Below are positions 10,856-20,904 of a stretch of 64,000 nucleotides of DNA, piece by piece. The translations under genes were made by a program, and so were the position numbers. The notes below the pieces were generated by a model. The model worked only from the letters and a program-made list of their open reading frames with translations. It was not told where the DNA came from and did no database searches. The first letter of the stretch is position 1; each line of letters starts with the position of its first letter. The DNA comes from Candidatus Multivoradales bacterium (GTDB lineage: Bacteria > Acidobacteriota > Thermoanaerobaculia > Multivoradales > Multivoraceae): NCBI GenBank assembly GCA_965223325.1, contig CBDCWI010000002.1:1600001-1664000 (forward strand), written 5' to 3'.

Positions 10856-10856
<1 letters not shown>
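9849..10856 (-). CDS. trpD: Anthranilate phosphoribosyltransferase
   Basis: DTCGTGGDG, NISTAAA, KHGNRSVSSRSGSAD and RTIFNLLGPLTNP. The real start is METRAAL at 10856. Confidence 0.97.
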
Positions 10857-11500
<644 letters not shown>

Positions 11501-11509
11501 CGGTGGTCC

Positions 11510-12988
11510 TCAGGCGTCTCGATCTTCGATTGCCGCGGCAAGTGCCAGCGCGGCCAGAAGCGCCGCCGCCTTGTCGCGGGTTTCCTGGGCCTCGGTCAGA
11601 GGATCGCTCTCGGCAACGATCCCCGCGCCGGCGGTAACCGAAGTCGAGTGACCGGCCTGCACCAGGGTGCGAATGGCGATGCAGGTGTCCATATCCCCGC
11701 CCCATGAAAGGTAACCGATGGCGCCACCGTAGGGGCCACGGGCCTCGGGCTCGAGCTCGTCGATAATCTCCATCGCGCGGATCTTGGGAGCGCCCGAGAG
11801 GGTGCCTGCCGGAAAGCACGCCAGCAGAACGTCGAGCGCACTTTGATCGGGCGCCAGGTCGGCGACGACGCTCGAGACGATGTGCATGACGTGCGAGTAG
11901 TGCTCGACCTCCATGAAACTCGCCACCCGCACGCCACCGGGAACCGCGACACGCCCGAGATCGTTGCGCGCCAGGTCGACCAGCATGACGTGCTCGGCGC
12001 ATTCCTTGGGATCTTGAAGGAGCTCCTCAGCCAGAGCCCGATCCTCATCGGCGTTCTGGCCGCGCCGGCGGGTTCCGGCAATCGGTCGCATCTCGGCCTT
12101 GCCAGCAATCGAGCGCACCAGCATCTCAGGAGAGGCCCCAACCAGGGTGAGAGCAGGGTTCTCGAGCAGCACCATGTAGGGACTCGGATTCACCACCCGC
12201 AGGGCGCGATAGAGCAACAGCGGGTCGACTCGCCTCTCCACTTCAAACCGTCGCGCCGGAACCACCTGGAAGATGTCGCCCGCGCGAATGTATTCACGCG
12301 CGGTTTGGACGGCTTCTCCGTAGGCCTCATCTGAGAGCCCGGGAGGAAGCGTCACCGCCGGCGTTGGTTGCTCGGCCGGCAGCGGCACGGCACCACCTTG
12401 GCTCTGCGTAGTCAGGACCTCGGCGAGCCGATCGAGCCCACGGCGGGCGTGCTCGGCGCTCTGCTCGCCGTCGATTTCGTTGGCGATACAGACGACACGC
12501 TGCAGGGCGTGGTCGAAGACCACCACATCGTCGTACCGCGCCAGGGTAGCGATCGGGAGGCCCCACGGATCGGGCGGCCGATCTGGCAGGTGCTCAATGA
12601 GGCGCGAGAGGTCCCACCCGAAGTTGCCCACCAGCCCACCGGCAAAGGGCAAGCCCTCAATGTCGTCGCGCTCCTGTTGAACTCCCTCGCAAACCGCACG
12701 CAGGGCCGCCAGCGGTGCTCCCGGAAGGGTTTCGGATTCCCCGCTCGGGGTGCTCCGTTCGAGGCGATCGGGCCACAGACGGTAGGTCTCGGCCGGCCCG
12801 CTGCCCATGAACGAGAAACGGGAGACCTGTTCTCCCCCGGTCACGCTCTCGAACAGAAAGCCATGCGCGCCCAAGGCGCGCAGGCGGCGGTAGACCTCGA
12901 GAGGAGTCAAGGTATCGGCGAGAAACTCCCGGCGATGGGGCCGGGCCCGTTTGACCTCTGAGGTGCTCGGCGTGCCAGGCTTGTTCAT
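11510..12988 (-). CDS. trpE: Anthranilate synthase component I
   Basis: [39 protein letters not shown] and [11 protein letters not shown]. Confidence 0.96.
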   Translation of the reverse strand: MNKPGTPSTSEVKRARPHRREFLADTLTPLEVYRRLRALGAHGFLFESVTGGEQVSRFSFMGSGPAETYRLWPDRLERSTPSGESETLPGAPLAALRAVCEGVQQERDDIEGLPFAGGLVGNFGWDLSRLIEHLPDRPPDPWGLPIATLARYDDVVVFDHALQRVVCIANEIDGEQSAEHARRGLDRLAEVLTTQSQGGAVPLPAEQPTPAVTLPPGLSDEAYGEAVQTAREYIRAGDIFQVVPARRFEVERRVDPLLLYRALRVVNPSPYMVLLENPALTLVGASPEMLVRSIAGKAEMRPIAGTRRRGQNADEDRALAEELLQDPKECAEHVMLVDLARNDLGRVAVPGGVRVASFMEVEHYSHVMHIVSSVVADLAPDQSALDVLLACFPAGTLSGAPKIRAMEIIDELEPEARGPYGGAIGYLSWGGDMDTCIAIRTLVQAGHSTSVTAGAGIVAESDPLTEAQETRDKAAALLAALALAAAIEDRDA

Positions 12989-14538
12989 GACAGATCTTCC
13001 GACGGCGAACCGGCGGTCGGCAGCCGATGACGGCGTGCAAGCTCACCGGCAACCTCGTCTGGTGAAACGTCGAGCGCTTCGAGGAGCACCATCAGGTGGT
13101 AGCAGAGATCAGCTGCCTCACCGACGAACTCTTCGCGTCCCGAAGCCGCATCGGGCGCTGTGTTTCGCGAGGCGTCGAAGCGTAGGCCAGCAATGATCAC
13201 CTCGGTGGCTTCTTCACCGACCTTCTGGGCAATGCGGTCGACACCCGCCGCCAACAACCGGGAGCTGTACGAAGACTCAGGGGCCGCCTCGCGGCGCGCC
13301 TTGACAACCGCCGCCAACCAACCCAGCTCGAGGCGAGTGGACTCCTCGTCACCGAAGCAGGTGCGGGTACCGAGATGGCATGCCGGGCCGGCGGGTTCGG
13401 CCGTGAGAAGCAAGGTGTCGGCATCGCAGTCAAACCGCAAGTCGACGACTCGCAGAACGTTTCCCGAGGTCTCGCCCTTCTGCCAGAGGCGCTCGCGGCT
13501 GCGGCTGTAAAAGCACGCCAGCCCGGAGTCGAGGGTCTGGGCGACTGCTTCCTGGTTTGCCCACGCAACCATCAGAACCGCCCCGGTCGAGCGGTCTTGA
13601 CAGACCACCGGCACCAGACCGTTGGCGTCGTAGCGGAGGGCTGCGGGGTCGAGGCTCATCTTCGTCATCGTGACCTGTCGCTCATGCGGAGCGCCCTTCC
13701 TGTGTTGCTTCTTCGTGGGAGCAAGCGCCGACGCCGCGCCGTCACCGGCAGCGAGACGCATGGGGAACTCGCCAGCCAGCTGCTCTTTGACCTCGCCCAC
13801 GGTGTACGTTCCGTGATGGAAGATCGAGGCCGCCAGGACCGCGCTGGCGCCCGCACGGAGACCCTCGGCGAGGTGTTCGACCGTGCCAACCCCGCCGGAG
13901 GCGATCACCGGCACCCGCACCGTGGAGGTGACCGCCTCGAGTAGCTCGAGGTCGTAGCCGTGCTGCATGCCGTCAGAGTCGATCGAGGTCAACAGAATCT
14001 CGCCGGCACCGAGAGACACCCCACGCTCGATCCACTCGATCGCATCGAGACCGGTGGCGGTGCGCCCACCGTGGGTTACGACCTCCCAACCCGAGGCGTC
14101 TGGCCGCCGGGCCGCATCGACCGACAGCACCATGCACTGACTGCCGAAGTGCTCCGCGATCTCAGAAAGCAACTCGGGCCGGTTGACGGCTGCGGTGTTG
14201 GTGGCCACCTTGTCGGCACCGGCGAGCAGGAGCTGGCGGGCGTCATCGAGAACCCGCACCCCGCCGCCAACAGTCAGAGGAATGAAGACCTGTCGCGCGG
14301 TTCGGCGAACCCACTCGAGATCCGTGTCGCGCTTCTCCGGGGCGGCCGTGATGTCGAGAAAGACGATCTCGTCGGCTCCCTGGTCGGCGTAGCGCATAGC
14401 CGATTCCGCCGGGTCGCCGAGATCGGTGAGGTTCTTGAAACGCACTCCTTTCACTACCCGACCGGCGCGCACGTCCAGGCAGGGAATGATGCGAAAGGCC
14501 AGCTCGGAGCCCTTCGGAGGATCGTCGAGAAAACTCAT
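12985..14538 (-). CDS. hisF-hisIE: Fused HisF (IGP synthase cyclase) + HisI/HisE (PR-AMP cyclohydrolase / PR-ATP pyrophosphatase)
   Basis: [14 protein letters not shown] and [11 protein letters not shown] (HisF), a ~35-aa linker, then [10 protein letters not shown] and DCDADTL...GPACH (HisI) and QKVGEEATE and EAADLCYHL (HisE), all in one frame. Confidence 0.9.
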   Translation of the reverse strand: MSFLDDPPKGSELAFRIIPCLDVRAGRVVKGVRFKNLTDLGDPAESAMRYADQGADEIVFLDITAAPEKRDTDLEWVRRTARQVFIPLTVGGGVRVLDDARQLLLAGADKVATNTAAVNRPELLSEIAEHFGSQCMVLSVDAARRPDASGWEVVTHGGRTATGLDAIEWIERGVSLGAGEILLTSIDSDGMQHGYDLELLEAVTSTVRVPVIASGGVGTVEHLAEGLRAGASAVLAASIFHHGTYTVGEVKEQLAGEFPMRLAAGDGAASALAPTKKQHRKGAPHERQVTMTKMSLDPAALRYDANGLVPVVCQDRSTGAVLMVAWANQEAVAQTLDSGLACFYSRSRERLWQKGETSGNVLRVVDLRFDCDADTLLLTAEPAGPACHLGTRTCFGDEESTRLELGWLAAVVKARREAAPESSYSSRLLAAGVDRIAQKVGEEATEVIIAGLRFDASRNTAPDAASGREEFVGEAADLCYHLMVLLEALDVSPDEVAGELARRHRLPTAGSPSEDLS

Positions 14539-15320
14539 CGCAGAATCTCCGATGCGGTTTCACACCGGCCGCCGGCGAGGGCGACCAGTGCCTCTTCGAG
14601 GGTCATCCGACCGTCCCACAAGGCCCGCCCGACGATCACGCCGAAGATGTGGTCGAGCTCGCCAGTGCGTGCGCGTACCGCGATGCGCTCGAGATCGGCG
14701 ACCGAACCCACTCCGCCCGAGACAATGCCTGGCGCTCCCGCAAGGCGCGCGAGGTGTGCGACCAGATCGACGTTCGGTCCCTCGAGCGTGCCGTCGCGCG
14801 AAACATCGGTCACCAGAACTGCGGCGAGTGGAAGACCTGACAAACCGGCGGCAAACTCATCGAGGGGCGTCTCGGCGGTCTCGGTCCAGCCGGAGACCGC
14901 CAACTGTCCCGCCCGCACATCGAGCGCCGCGACGATGCGCTTCGGGTGAGCCAGGACGAGGTCACGAAAGCCCTCGGGATCACGCACCATCATCGAACCC
15001 ACGACGACCCGTTCGCAGCCCGCGGCGAGCGCCCAGTCGACCCCAGAACGATCGCTGAAGCCACCGCCGACCTGGAGACTGGGGGCCGTGACTTCACCGA
15101 AATTCGTGCGCGCGAGGCTTTCGAGCAGCGGCCTCTGCGGCGCTTCGCCAAAGGCACCGTCAAGGTCGACGATATGAACCCAGCGCACTCCGGCACGTGC
15201 GAACTCGAAGAGAGCCTTTTCGGGAGGTGTCGGGTACTCGGTGCGCGAGTCGTCTTCGCCGCGCAGCAGTCGCACGACTCCCCCCTGGCGGAGATCGATC
15301 GCCGGCAACAGTTCGATCAT
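14535..15320 (-). CDS. hisA: ProFAR isomerase
   Basis: [32 protein letters not shown] and [13 protein letters not shown]. Confidence 0.96.
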   Translation of the reverse strand: MIELLPAIDLRQGGVVRLLRGEDDSRTEYPTPPEKALFEFARAGVRWVHIVDLDGAFGEAPQRPLLESLARTNFGEVTAPSLQVGGGFSDRSGVDWALAAGCERVVVGSMMVRDPEGFRDLVLAHPKRIVAALDVRAGQLAVSGWTETAETPLDEFAAGLSGLPLAAVLVTDVSRDGTLEGPNVDLVAHLARLAGAPGIVSGGVGSVADLERIAVRARTGELDHIFGVIVGRALWDGRMTLEEALVALAGGRCETASEILR

Positions 15321-16012
15321 GCCGCGGCCTCCCGCCTTTCGGACACCGCACGGAGGAAGTTGCACAAAAGCCTGAGACCGACGCGCCCACTCTTCTCGGG
15401 ATGAAACTGAGTCCCCACCACCGAGCCATGAGCGACGACGGCAGGAAACCGGCGACCGTGGAGTGCGGTGGCCAACGCTACCGACGCGGGTACGTCGACT
15501 GGTGCATACGAGTGTACGAAGTAGGCGTGCGCGCCTTCGGGCGTATCGGCTAGCAGGTCCGGGAAGTCTGACGTGGTGTTCTCGGTGCCCTCGCGCGGCA
15601 GCAAGCGCAGACGGTTCCAACCGATGTGAGGCAGCGCCACAGAACTCGGCAGGCGCTCGATATGCCCTGGAACCAGACCCAGCCCGTCGGTCTCGCCGAA
15701 CTCTGAGCTCGATTCGAACAGGAGCTGAAACCCGACACAGATCCCAAACAGCGGCACGCCGCGACGGACTGCTCCCTTGATGGCCTCTTCGAGCGCTCCG
15801 CGCAAGGCCTCGCGCGGCGGCCGAAAGGCCCCCACCCCGGGAAGAAAGAGACAGTCCGCGCGCGCTACCCGTGCGGCTTCGGTGGTGCGCTTCGGCACCG
15901 CACCGAGGGCTGCAAGGGCGCGCTCGAGATTGCCCAGGTTACCGACGCCGGCGTCGATCACCACCACTTCGAGCGCACCGGCCTCGAGCTCCTTGTCGCG
16001 AGTTGCCGTCAC
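15317..16012 (-). CDS. hisH: IGP synthase glutaminase subunit
   Basis: GVGNL, LPGVGAF, GICVGFQLL, PHIGWN, YFVHSY and QFHPEKS. Confidence 0.97.
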   Translation of the reverse strand: MTATRDKELEAGALEVVVIDAGVGNLGNLERALAALGAVPKRTTEAARVARADCLFLPGVGAFRPPREALRGALEEAIKGAVRRGVPLFGICVGFQLLFESSSEFGETDGLGLVPGHIERLPSSVALPHIGWNRLRLLPREGTENTTSDFPDLLADTPEGAHAYFVHSYAPVDVPASVALATALHGRRFPAVVAHGSVVGTQFHPEKSGRVGLRLLCNFLRAVSERREAAA

Positions 16013-16698
16013 GACGTCAGTGTCCCTTTGGTACTCGGAATGCCCGCACCGGTCGCCGCGATCGCAGTCGCTTCCTTGAGAGCGAGAGCCGCAGCCTTGA
16101 AACAGGCCTCGGCGGCGTGGTGTGGATTGCGCGCCCGCAGCACATCGAGATGCAGGGTGAATCTCCCGCGGTCGGCGAAGGCCTGGAAAAAGTCCTCGAC
16201 CAGGGTCATCGGGAAATCGCGCGTCACCCAGGACAGGGCGATCTCGCGGGGGAGCTCATGAACCAGATACCCCCGGCCCGAGAGGTCGACGACCGCCCGC
16301 GCCAGAGCCTCGTCGAGCGGCGCGTAGGCGGAGGCAAACCGCCTGATCCCGCGGCGGGTCCCGAGCGCTTCATGAAGCGCATCGCCGAGGACGATTCCGG
16401 TGTCTTCGACGGTGTGATGCAGGTCAATGTGGGTATCGCCGCGTGTGGAGACCTCGAGCTCCATGCCGCTGTGGCGGCCGAGGGCATCGAGCATGTGGGC
16501 GAAGAACCCGTCGGGCACGTCGATCTCGGGCAGAGCAGGCATCGGCGTATCGAAGGCCAGCTTGACCTCGATCTCGGTCTCGGCAGTCGACCGCGCCTGG
16601 GTGGAAACGCGACGCGCGACCGGCGATCGCTTCTTCTTCTTCTTCTTGGCGGCCTTCTTCGAACGCGACCTGGGAGTCGACTTCTTGCGTGCACTCAT
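16009..16698 (-). CDS. hisB: Imidazoleglycerol-phosphate dehydratase (monofunctional) with Lys-rich N-terminal extension
   Basis: GFFAHML, GDTHIDLHHTVED, PLDEAL, NPHHAAEACFKA and PSTKG. Confidence 0.96.
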   Translation of the reverse strand: MSARKKSTPRSRSKKAAKKKKKKRSPVARRVSTQARSTAETEIEVKLAFDTPMPALPEIDVPDGFFAHMLDALGRHSGMELEVSTRGDTHIDLHHTVEDTGIVLGDALHEALGTRRGIRRFASAYAPLDEALARAVVDLSGRGYLVHELPREIALSWVTRDFPMTLVEDFFQAFADRGRFTLHLDVLRARNPHHAAEACFKAAALALKEATAIAATGAGIPSTKGTLTS

Positions 16699-17834
16699 GC
16701 CTGTTCTCCTTCGGCGACTGCCGTTCTTCCTCCACCCAGGATCTCGGCGAGGGCAGTGCGGGTGGCGCGAAGCGCCGGGCCATCGCCGACCCCGATGCGC
16801 AGGCAGCCGGCCAGCCCTGGATAGTGCCCCATTTCCCGCACCAGAATGCCGCGCGCGGCGAGGCCCTCGCGCACCACCGCGCTCTCTGCTGGCGAAGCCG
16901 CCCGCACCAGGAGGAAGTTGCCCTCACTGGGAAACACGAACAGCCCCTGGTCGCGCAGCATTTGCGCCCATTGCCCCCGACGCGCACGAGTCACCCGGAC
17001 CGCGCGCTCGGAAAAGTGTGGGTTCTCGACCGCCACCTCGCCGGCGATCGCCGTCGCGTGCGAGATCGTGTACGGCAGGGCGACCTTGCGCAATTCGACC
17101 ACGAAGCGGGCGTCGCCGAGCACGTACCCGAGGCGACTGCCGGCCAGCGACCAGGCCTTCGAGAAGGTACGGAAGATGACCAGGTTGGGATAGCGCAAGA
17201 GAAGCGGCCGATAGTCGTAGCGACAGTACTCGCCGTAGGCGTTGTCGAGGAGAAGCGGCGCATCGAGCCGTTCACAAAGGTCAGCGACCGCTTCGACCGG
17301 CGCCGCTGCGCCGGTCGGATTGTTGGGCGAGCACAGAAGAATCGGGCGCGTCGGATCGTCGCTCGCCAGAGCACGCAGCTCGGCGAGCGGCAGCTGGAGG
17401 TCAGAGCGCGGCTCGACGAACCGAGGCACCCCGCCGGCGCGCTCGATGAAGGCGGGATAGAGACCGAAACTGGGCAGAACGGACACCACCTCGCGAACCG
17501 GCCTGGCTTCGGCGTTGTCCGTTCTGGCCGGCGGCGTCCCAACGATCGCCGAGAGCACCACGCCCAGGAGCTCGTTCGAGCCGTTGCCCACCATCACCGA
17601 GTCGGCCGGGACGCCGTGCCTCTCGGCGAGCAACGCTCGCAGGCGATCGGCAAAGAAGTCCGGGTAACGACCCCAGTGGCGCTCCATCAAACGACGCGCG
17701 ACCTCACGTTTTAGAACCAGGGGCATATCCTGTGGGACCTCGTTCTGGTCCAGCTTGAAGAGGGCGGGCACCTGGTCGAGCGTGTAGGCCGAGAGCGCCC
17801 GCACCTCGGGGCGAATAAAGCGCGTGGGATCCAT
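16695..17834 (-). CDS. hisC: Histidinol-phosphate aminotransferase
   Basis: KLDQNE, GNGSNE, CSPNNPTG and RTFSKAWSLAGSRLGY. Confidence 0.96.
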   Translation of the reverse strand: MDPTRFIRPEVRALSAYTLDQVPALFKLDQNEVPQDMPLVLKREVARRLMERHWGRYPDFFADRLRALLAERHGVPADSVMVGNGSNELLGVVLSAIVGTPPARTDNAEARPVREVVSVLPSFGLYPAFIERAGGVPRFVEPRSDLQLPLAELRALASDDPTRPILLCSPNNPTGAAAPVEAVADLCERLDAPLLLDNAYGEYCRYDYRPLLLRYPNLVIFRTFSKAWSLAGSRLGYVLGDARFVVELRKVALPYTISHATAIAGEVAVENPHFSERAVRVTRARRGQWAQMLRDQGLFVFPSEGNFLLVRAASPAESAVVREGLAARGILVREMGHYPGLAGCLRIGVGDGPALRATRTALAEILGGGRTAVAEGEQA

Positions 17835-17843
17835 CGCCAGCCC

Positions 17844-19211
17844 TTACTCTCTGTCCAGGAGATCGGTATGCGCCGACAGCTCGTCTTCGAGCTCATCCGC
17901 ATCGAGGCCACCGGAGCGCAGGAGCGCCGAACGAGCATGTGCCTCGAGACCCTCGACACGTGCAAGGGTCGCAGCGGCTGCCGCCCACGGCACGACCTCG
18001 TTCTCGTCGAACCGTACGACGTGCCAACGACGTTTGAAATCGCCGACTCCGAGACCTGAAGCGTAGCGCGCCGTTCCACCGGTCGGCAGCACGTGACTGG
18101 GGCCGGCGACATAGTCGCCGAGAACGACCGGCGCCGACGGCCCGACGAAGACCGCGCCTGCAGAGCGCATCTGCGGCGCGAGCTCGACAGCGTCGAGACC
18201 GAGCAACTGCAGATGCTCGGGAGCCAACCGTTCGGCGATCGCGGCTGCCTGCTCGAGATCTTTGGTGAGCAGAATCGCACCCCGAGTCTGGAGTGCCAGG
18301 GCGGCAGTCTCGGCGGTGGGCAGCCCTTCGAGCTGTCGATCGACCTCGCGGGCGACGCGACCGGCGAGATCGCGATCGGGCGTCACCAGAACCGCCATCG
18401 CCTCCGGATCGTGCTCGGCCTGGGCCAAGAGGTCGGCGGCGACGAACCCGCACGGCGCATCGGCTGAGGCGACAATCACTACTTCCGACGGGCCGGCGAA
18501 GCGGTCAATGCCCACGACCCCTTTGACCTGCTCTTTGGCGGCCGTCACCCAGACGCCACCCGGGCCAGCGATGAAATCGACCGGGTCGATGGTCTCGGTG
18601 CCGTAGGCGACCGCGGCAATGCCGTGGGCACCGCCCATGCCCCAGATCTCATCGACTTCGAGTCGAGACAGCGCCCAGCGCAGCGCCGGGCTCTCGAGGA
18701 AGGCGCGCGGCGGCGTGACCACCACGATCTCGCGCACGCCGGCGATACGTGCCGGAATGACCGACATGGCGACCGTCGACGGGTAGAGAAAGCGCCCGCC
18801 GGGAACATAAAGCGCCACGCGCTCGAACGCTTCGACTCGCTCCTCGACGTGCTTCCCGTCGGCTTCGAGAACGTATCCCTGGTGGTGGCCTTCTCGGTGA
18901 TAGTGCTCGATCGAAGACACGGCGCGTTCGAAGGCGTTTTGGAAACCCGGCGGCAGATCGCGTGGCCGTAGACTCTCCACGTCGCGCCGGCGGTCCAAGC
19001 GAAGCGCGCGGACTTCGTCCTCTTCGACCCCGTCGTACTGCGCCACCGCCCGCAAGAGCGCGAAGTCGCCCCCTCGCCGAACCGAACGCAGGATCTTCTC
19101 GACCCGGCGCACGGTGCGCCGGTCGATGGCGAGATCGCCGCGGCCTTCCAACGACTCGAGCAGGCGGCGACCACGGCGGGTATTCACCTTGATGGGTTTG
19201 AGGACCGGCAT
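17844..19211 (-). CDS. hisD: Histidinol dehydrogenase
   Basis: LYVPGG, AGPSEV, LAQAEHD, APEHL, GDYVAGPSHVLPT and EGLEAHARS. Confidence 0.97.
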   Translation of the reverse strand: MPVLKPIKVNTRRGRRLLESLEGRGDLAIDRRTVRRVEKILRSVRRGGDFALLRAVAQYDGVEEDEVRALRLDRRRDVESLRPRDLPPGFQNAFERAVSSIEHYHREGHHQGYVLEADGKHVEERVEAFERVALYVPGGRFLYPSTVAMSVIPARIAGVREIVVVTPPRAFLESPALRWALSRLEVDEIWGMGGAHGIAAVAYGTETIDPVDFIAGPGGVWVTAAKEQVKGVVGIDRFAGPSEVVIVASADAPCGFVAADLLAQAEHDPEAMAVLVTPDRDLAGRVAREVDRQLEGLPTAETAALALQTRGAILLTKDLEQAAAIAERLAPEHLQLLGLDAVELAPQMRSAGAVFVGPSAPVVLGDYVAGPSHVLPTGGTARYASGLGVGDFKRRWHVVRFDENEVVPWAAAAATLARVEGLEAHARSALLRSGGLDADELEDELSAHTDLLDRE

Positions 19212-19244
19212 CTAACACCCCCTACGCTGCGAGCGCGACTGATC

Positions 19245-19288
19245 TTCTCGGGTTCTCGGTGTTCTCTGTGTCCTCTGTGTTCTCTGCC
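19245..19288. repeat. Short degenerate ~9-bp tandem repeat (TTCTCTGTG-like, about 5 units) between hisG and hisD
   Basis: ttctcggg ttctcggtg ttctctgtg tcctctgtg ttctctgcc. Confidence 0.7.
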
Positions 19289-19903
19289 TCATTCGACGAC
19301 TCCTGCGGCCTCGAGGCCACACGTCAATTCTCGCAGGGGCGCCCGCAGGGCCTGCCAGGCCGCTCGGTTGACCACCAGCGTCGGCGCCACCTCAGCCAGG
19401 ACCGTGACCTCGAAGAGTCCGTGCTCGCGGATGGTACGCCCGGTCTGGACGATGTCGCAGGCGATGTCGGCCAGGTCGAGCAGCGGTCCGAGCTCGACCG
19501 ATCCATAGAGCTTGAAGATCTCGGGGCCAAAACCGCGCGCCACCAGCAGCCGGCGACTCCACTCTGGATACTTGGTCGCAACGCGCAACTCGGCGCCCCG
19601 CTCAGGTTCGATGTCGTCCTTCCTGATGATCGAGAAGCGACTGCGGCCCGCCAGGAGGCGCAGGGGTTCGAGCACGTCGGCTCCGACCTCGGCGAGAACA
19701 TCGCTACCGACCACTCCGCAATCGGCAATGCCGTACTCGACGTAAAGCGGCACGTCCCAGTCCTTGAGCAGCAACACTTCGACGCCGCTCCCGAGTCGCT
19801 GCGAAAGACGCTCGGAATCGAGGCCCGCGAGCTCGAGGCCGGCCTCTTCGAAAGCCTGGACCGTCGGGGTGAGGTTGCGACCCTTGGGAAGTGCGATGCG
19901 CAT
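19289..19903 (-). CDS. hisG: ATP phosphoribosyltransferase, short form
   Basis: IALPKGR, DVPLYVEYGIADCGVVGSD, VATKYP, KLYGSVEL and DIVQTGRT. 204 aa, paired with hisZ. Confidence 0.96.
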   Translation of the reverse strand: MRIALPKGRNLTPTVQAFEEAGLELAGLDSERLSQRLGSGVEVLLLKDWDVPLYVEYGIADCGVVGSDVLAEVGADVLEPLRLLAGRSRFSIIRKDDIEPERGAELRVATKYPEWSRRLLVARGFGPEIFKLYGSVELGPLLDLADIACDIVQTGRTIREHGLFEVTVLAEVAPTLVVNRAAWQALRAPLRELTCGLEAAGVVE

Positions 19904-20904
19904 CAGCGCCGCCGTCCGGAGGCCAGCAGTCGATCGACACCGAGTGAAAACCCGATCGCCGGCGTGACACCGCTCTCCATCGGGGCAAGACTCGAGAACA
20001 AAGAGTCGTAGCGACCCCCCTGGCCAAACGGTACGGCAGAGTCGCCGGGGTAGGCGCGAAAGACGATGCCGTCATAGTAGGTGTAGCGCCGGTCGACGAT
20101 TCCGAGTGCGGAGTCGAGAGTGTTGGAGGCGTACTCTGCCAGGTCAACACTGAGACGCAGGCCGCCGCCAGAGAAATCTTCTCCCAACCGGTGCGCCAAG
20201 CCGATGAGCCGCTCGACCCTCGGCGCGCTGTCACCCAGGGCTTCGAGATCGTTGGGCGCCCCCTGTTCGAGGACTTCGAGAAGTACCGGGTGAGCGCGCT
20301 TCACCGCCGCCCGATCACGACGCGCCAGGGCGCCTGCGAGATCAGCCGAAGAGCTCCCAGAAGGCGGCACCGCAAGCAACCCGTCGAGCGCCCCCGCCAC
20401 CCCGAGGACCACCTGGGCCCCATCGCCGCTGGCGACGAGCAGTTCCAGAAAGAGCCGCAGCATGCGCTCGTCATCACTCGCCTCCCCCTCCGGGCCCTGA
20501 GGACTCTCGCGACCCACGAGCTCGGCACCGACTTCGTAGTACTCCCTGAGTCGCCCGGGACGCGGAAGCTCGTGCCGGATGACGTCGCCTCGGTAGAACA
20601 CCTCGATCGGCAGCTCGAAGTTGCACAGCCGCGGCGCGAGCAGTCGGGCGATCATGGCGGTGAAGTCGGAACGCAGGCCGAGCAACTGACCGTCTCGATC
20701 GACGAACCGATACGACGCCTGGCGAACGCGGTCGGCCAGCAGATCCTTGTAGGGCTCCCAGTAGTCGAGCACCGGGAGCAGGATCTCGCCAAAACCAGCC
20801 GCCTCGAGGCGCCCCACCAGACGTTGCTCGAGCGCGCGGCGACGTGCGGCCTCCTCGAACAGGAGCGCCGTCACGCCAGCGGGAAGATCGGTGCGGATTC
20901 TCAT
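19903..20904 (-). CDS. hisZ: ATP phosphoribosyltransferase regulatory subunit
   Basis: LPAGV, LRSDFT, REYYEVGAEL, YYDGIVF, GGRYDSL and PAIGFSL (HisRS-like, without the anticodon domain). Confidence 0.93.
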   Translation of the reverse strand: MRIRTDLPAGVTALLFEEAARRRALEQRLVGRLEAAGFGEILLPVLDYWEPYKDLLADRVRQASYRFVDRDGQLLGLRSDFTAMIARLLAPRLCNFELPIEVFYRGDVIRHELPRPGRLREYYEVGAELVGRESPQGPEGEASDDERMLRLFLELLVASGDGAQVVLGVAGALDGLLAVPPSGSSSADLAGALARRDRAAVKRAHPVLLEVLEQGAPNDLEALGDSAPRVERLIGLAHRLGEDFSGGGLRLSVDLAEYASNTLDSALGIVDRRYTYYDGIVFRAYPGDSAVPFGQGGRYDSLFSSLAPMESGVTPAIGFSLGVDRLLASGRRR

